Below are positions 61,401 through 64,000 of a stretch of 64,000 bases of DNA, one piece after another. The stretch lies in assembly GCA_964016885.1 (NCBI GenBank), contig OZ024741.1:5952001-6016000 (forward strand), written 5' to 3'. This DNA is from Eledone cirrhosa. Lineage: Eukaryota. The notes beneath the pieces were generated by a model that ran no database searches, was not told the origin of the DNA, and was given only the letters and a program-made list of their open reading frames with translations. The first letter of the stretch is position 1. The number at the start of each line of letters is the position of its first letter. A program made the position numbers and the translations under genes.

Positions 61401-64000
61401 TAGGGCCACACCCCAGAAGGAAGAAAGGGAACGCTTGTGTCAATAGGCCAGCACCCCAAAAGGAAGAATGGGAAGGCTTGTTTCAATAGGGCAGCACCCC
61501 AAAAGGAAGAAAGGGAACGTTTGTTTCAATAGGGCAGCACCCGAAAAGGAAGAAAGGGAATGCGTGTTTCAATAGGGCAACATCCCAAAAGGAAGAAAGG
61601 GAACGTTTGTTTCAATAGGGCAGCACCCCAGAAGGAAGAAAGGGGACGCTGGTGTCAATAGGGCAGCACCCCTAAAGGAAGAAAGGGAAGGCTTATTTTA
61701 ATAGGCAGCATCCTAAAAGGAAGAAAGGGAACGTTTGTTTCAATAGGGCAGCACCCCAGAAGGAAGAAAGGGAACGCTTGTGACAATAGGGCAGCACCCC
61801 AAAAGGAAGAAAGGGAAGGCTTGTTTCAATAGGGCAACACCCCAAAAGGAAGAAAGGGAAGGCTTGTTTCAATAGGGCAGCACCCCTAAAGGAAGAAAGG
61901 GAACGTTTGTTTCAATAGGGCAGCACAACTAAAGGAAGAAAGGGAACGCTTGTTTCAATAGGGCAGCACCCCAAAAGGAAGAATGGGAACGCTTGTTTCA
62001 ATAGGGCAGCACCCCAAAAGGAAGAATGGGAACGCTTGTTTCAATAGGGCAGCACCCCAAAAGGAAGAAAGGGAAGGCTTGTTTCAATAGGGCAGCACCC
62101 CAAAAGGAAGAAAGGGATGGCTTGTTTCAATAGGGCAGCACCCCAAAAGCAAGAGAGGTAACGCTTGTTTCAATAGAGCAGCAACCCAAAAGGAAGAAAG
62201 GGAAGGCTTGTTTCAATAGGGCAGCACCCCAAAACGAAGAACGGGAAGTGTGGTTTCAATAGGGCAGCATCCCAAAAGGAAGAAAGGGAACGATTGTTTC
62301 AATAGGGCAGCATCCCAAAAGGAAGAAAGGGAACGTTTGTTTCAATAGGGCAGCACCCCAGAAGGAAGAAAGGGGACGCTGGTGTCAATAGGGCAGCACC
62401 CCAAAAGGAAGAAAGGGAAGGCTTGTTTCAATAGGGCAGCACACCTAAAGGAAGAAAGGGAACGCTTGTTTCAATAGGGCAGCACCCCAAAAGCAAGAGA
62501 GGTAACGCTTGTTTCAATAGGGCAGCAACCCAAAAGGAAGAAAGGGAAGGCTTATTTCAATAGGGCAGCCCACCAAAATGAAGAAAGGGAAGGCTTGTTT
62601 CAATAGGACAGCACCCCAAAAGGAAGAAAGGGAACGTTTGTTTCAATAGGGCAGCACCCGAAAATGAAGAAAAGGAAGGCGTGTTTCAATAGGGCAGCAT
62701 CCCAAAAGGAAGAAAGGGAACGCTTATTTCAATAGGGCAGCACCCCAAAAGGAAGAAAGGGAAGGCTTGTTTAAATAGGGCAGCACACCAAAAGGAAGAA
62801 AGGGAAGGCTTATTTCAATAGGGCAGCCCACCAAAATGAAGGAAGGGAAGGCTTGTTTCAATAGGGCAGCTCCCCAAAACGTAGTAAGGGAAGGCTTGTT
62901 TCAATAGGGCAGCACCCTTAAAAGAAGAAAGGGAACGCTTGTTTCAATAGGGCAGCACACCTAAAGGAAGAAAGGGAACGCTTGTTACAATAGGGCAGCA
63001 CCCCAAAAGGAAGAAGGCGAACGCTTGTTTCAATAGGGCAGCACCCCAAAAGGAAGAACGGGAACGCTTGTTTCAATAGGGCAGCTCCCCAAAAGGAAGA
63101 AAGGGAAGGCTTGTTTCAATAGGGCAGCACCCCAAAAGGAAGAAAGGGAAGGCTTATTTCAATAGGGCAGCCCACCAACATGAAGAAAGGGAAGGCTTGT
63201 TTCAATAGGGCAGCTCCCCAAAACGTAGTAAGGGAAGCCATGTTTCAATAGGGCAGCACCCCAAAAGGAAGAAAGGGATGGCTTGTTTCAATAGGGCAGC
63301 ACCCCAAAACGAAGAACGGTAAGGCTTGGTTCAATAGGGCAGCATGCCAAAAGGAAGAAACGGAACGTTTGTTTCAATAGGGCAGCACCCCAAAAGGAAG
63401 AAAGGGAAGGCTTATTCCAATAGGGCAGCCTACCAAAATGAAGAATGGGAAGGCTTGTTTCAATAGGACAGCACCCCAAAAGGAAGAAAGGGAACGTTTG
63501 TTTCAATAGGGCAGCACCCCAAAAGGAAGAAAAGGAAGGCGTGTTTCAATAGGGCAGCATCCCAAAAGGAAGAAAGGGAACGCTTGTTTCAATAGGGCAG
63601 CACCCCAAAAGGAAGAAAGGGAAGGCTTGTTTCAATAGGGCAGCACCCCAAAAGGAAGAAAGGGAAGGCTTGTTTCAATAGGGCAGCTCCCCAAAACGTA
63701 GTAAGGGAAGGCTTGTTTCAATAGGGCAGCATCCCAAAAGGAAGAAAGGGAACGATTGTTTCAATAGGGCAGCATCCCAAAAGGAAGAAAGGGAACGTTT
63801 GTTTCAATAGGGCAGCACCCCAGAAGGAAGAAAAGGAAGGCTTGTTTCAATAGGGCAGCACCCCTAAAGGAAGAAAGGGAACGTTTGTTTCAATAGGGCA
63901 GCACACCTAAAGGAAGAAACGGAACGCTTGTTTCAATAGGGCATCACCCCAAAAGGAAGAAAGCGAACGCTTGTTTCAATAGGGCAGCACCCCAAAAGGA
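46410..64000. repeat. Tandem duplication of a 6873-bp block (160 monomers); second copy (from ~53283) lengthened by an internal triplication and running off the window end
   Basis: AGCCACCAAAATGGAG occurs at 46461 and 53334 (offset 6873), and ORF 49057 recurs at 55930 (6873). Downstream landmarks 49671/61139 and 51820/63288 are 11468 apart, which equals 6873+2362+2233. Confidence 0.9.
54100..61060. repeat. Three tandem copies of a 55-monomer unit (2362, 2233, 2362 bp); middle copy lacks 3 monomers near 57985
   Basis: AATAAGGCAGCCCCCC occurs at 54184, 56546 and 58779, and the same ORF at 55930, 58163 and 60525. The CACCACAAAA, CGGTAAGG and GTATCCC variants are present at ~55650-55750 and ~60250-60340 but absent at ~57985. 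Confidence 0.9.

Larger units (their letters stand above)
2693..64000. repeat. Tandem satellite array, 43-bp monomer (AAAGGAAGAAAGGGAA[G/C]GCTTGTTTCAATAGGGCAGCACCCCA), ~1,425 copies, single orientation, truncated by window end
   Basis: The core TTTCAATAGGGCAGC recurs every 43 bp throughout, with occasional 42- or 44-bp monomers. I saw no unique sequence or strand switch. Distances between identical ORF-track peptides are multiples of 43 or close to them (473, 1290, 1333, 2193, 2537). Confidence 0.98.

Noticed and set aside
2988-63506. All ORFs in the supplied track (60-115 aa; K/R/G-rich on +, F/L/P/C-rich on -)
   Set aside because: They are translations of the 43-bp repeat. Because 43 mod 3 = 1, the monomer's stop (TAG on +, TGA on -) returns in frame every 3 monomers, and longer ORFs arise where a point variant or indel removes it. 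Most begin at TTG/GTG, and there is no domain resemblance or gene context.
2693-64000. CRISPR-like appearance: the conserved GTTTCAAT (ATTGAAAC on the minus strand) resembles the terminal motif of many type I-B/III CRISPR repeats
   Set aside because: There are no unique spacers, since the rest of each unit is the same consensus with point variants. The 43-bp period is too short for repeat plus spacer, and there is no leader or cas gene.
2693-64000. CCCCAAAA (ciliate-type) and variant CCCTAAA (plant-type) telomere motifs, or G-quadruplex potential, in the 43-mer
   Set aside because: These are single isolated motifs, never tandem. G-runs are sparse (two GGG per unit on +, one G4 per unit on -) with loops too long for a canonical quadruplex.
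1-64000. Hidden transposon insertions, inversions or unique islands
   Set aside because: Reading through, every segment fits one of the two monomers in the same orientation. A very short insertion could have been missed by eye.

Overview
The whole 64-kb window is tandem satellite DNA, most plausibly eukaryotic (peri)centromeric or subtelomeric heterochromatin. I find no credible genes, RNA genes, transposons, inversions or unique sequence. Positions 1-2693 are an array of a 59-bp monomer (~45-46 copies, open at the left edge). It abuts, with no spacer, an array of an unrelated 43-bp monomer (consensus AAAGGAAGAAAGGGAAGGCTTGTTTCAATAGGGCAGCACCCCA, ~1,425 copies, single orientation, open at the right edge). 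The 43-bp array is organised into nested higher-order repeats (HORs): a 3009-bp 70-mer (31-mer + 39-mer), an irregular ~41-45-mer domain, a 2664-bp 62-mer duplication, and a 6873-bp 160-mer duplication whose second copy holds a triplicated 55-mer. It also shows a probable conversion patch and a microhomology-flanked deletion. All listed ORFs are by-products of the repeat. I cannot assign either satellite to a named family or organism, and I see no protein-coding 'system'. The interest lies in array architecture and possible non-B-DNA or telomere-like motifs. Offsets were counted by hand from diagnostic variants and the ORF track, and block boundaries are approximate (about +/- one monomer).
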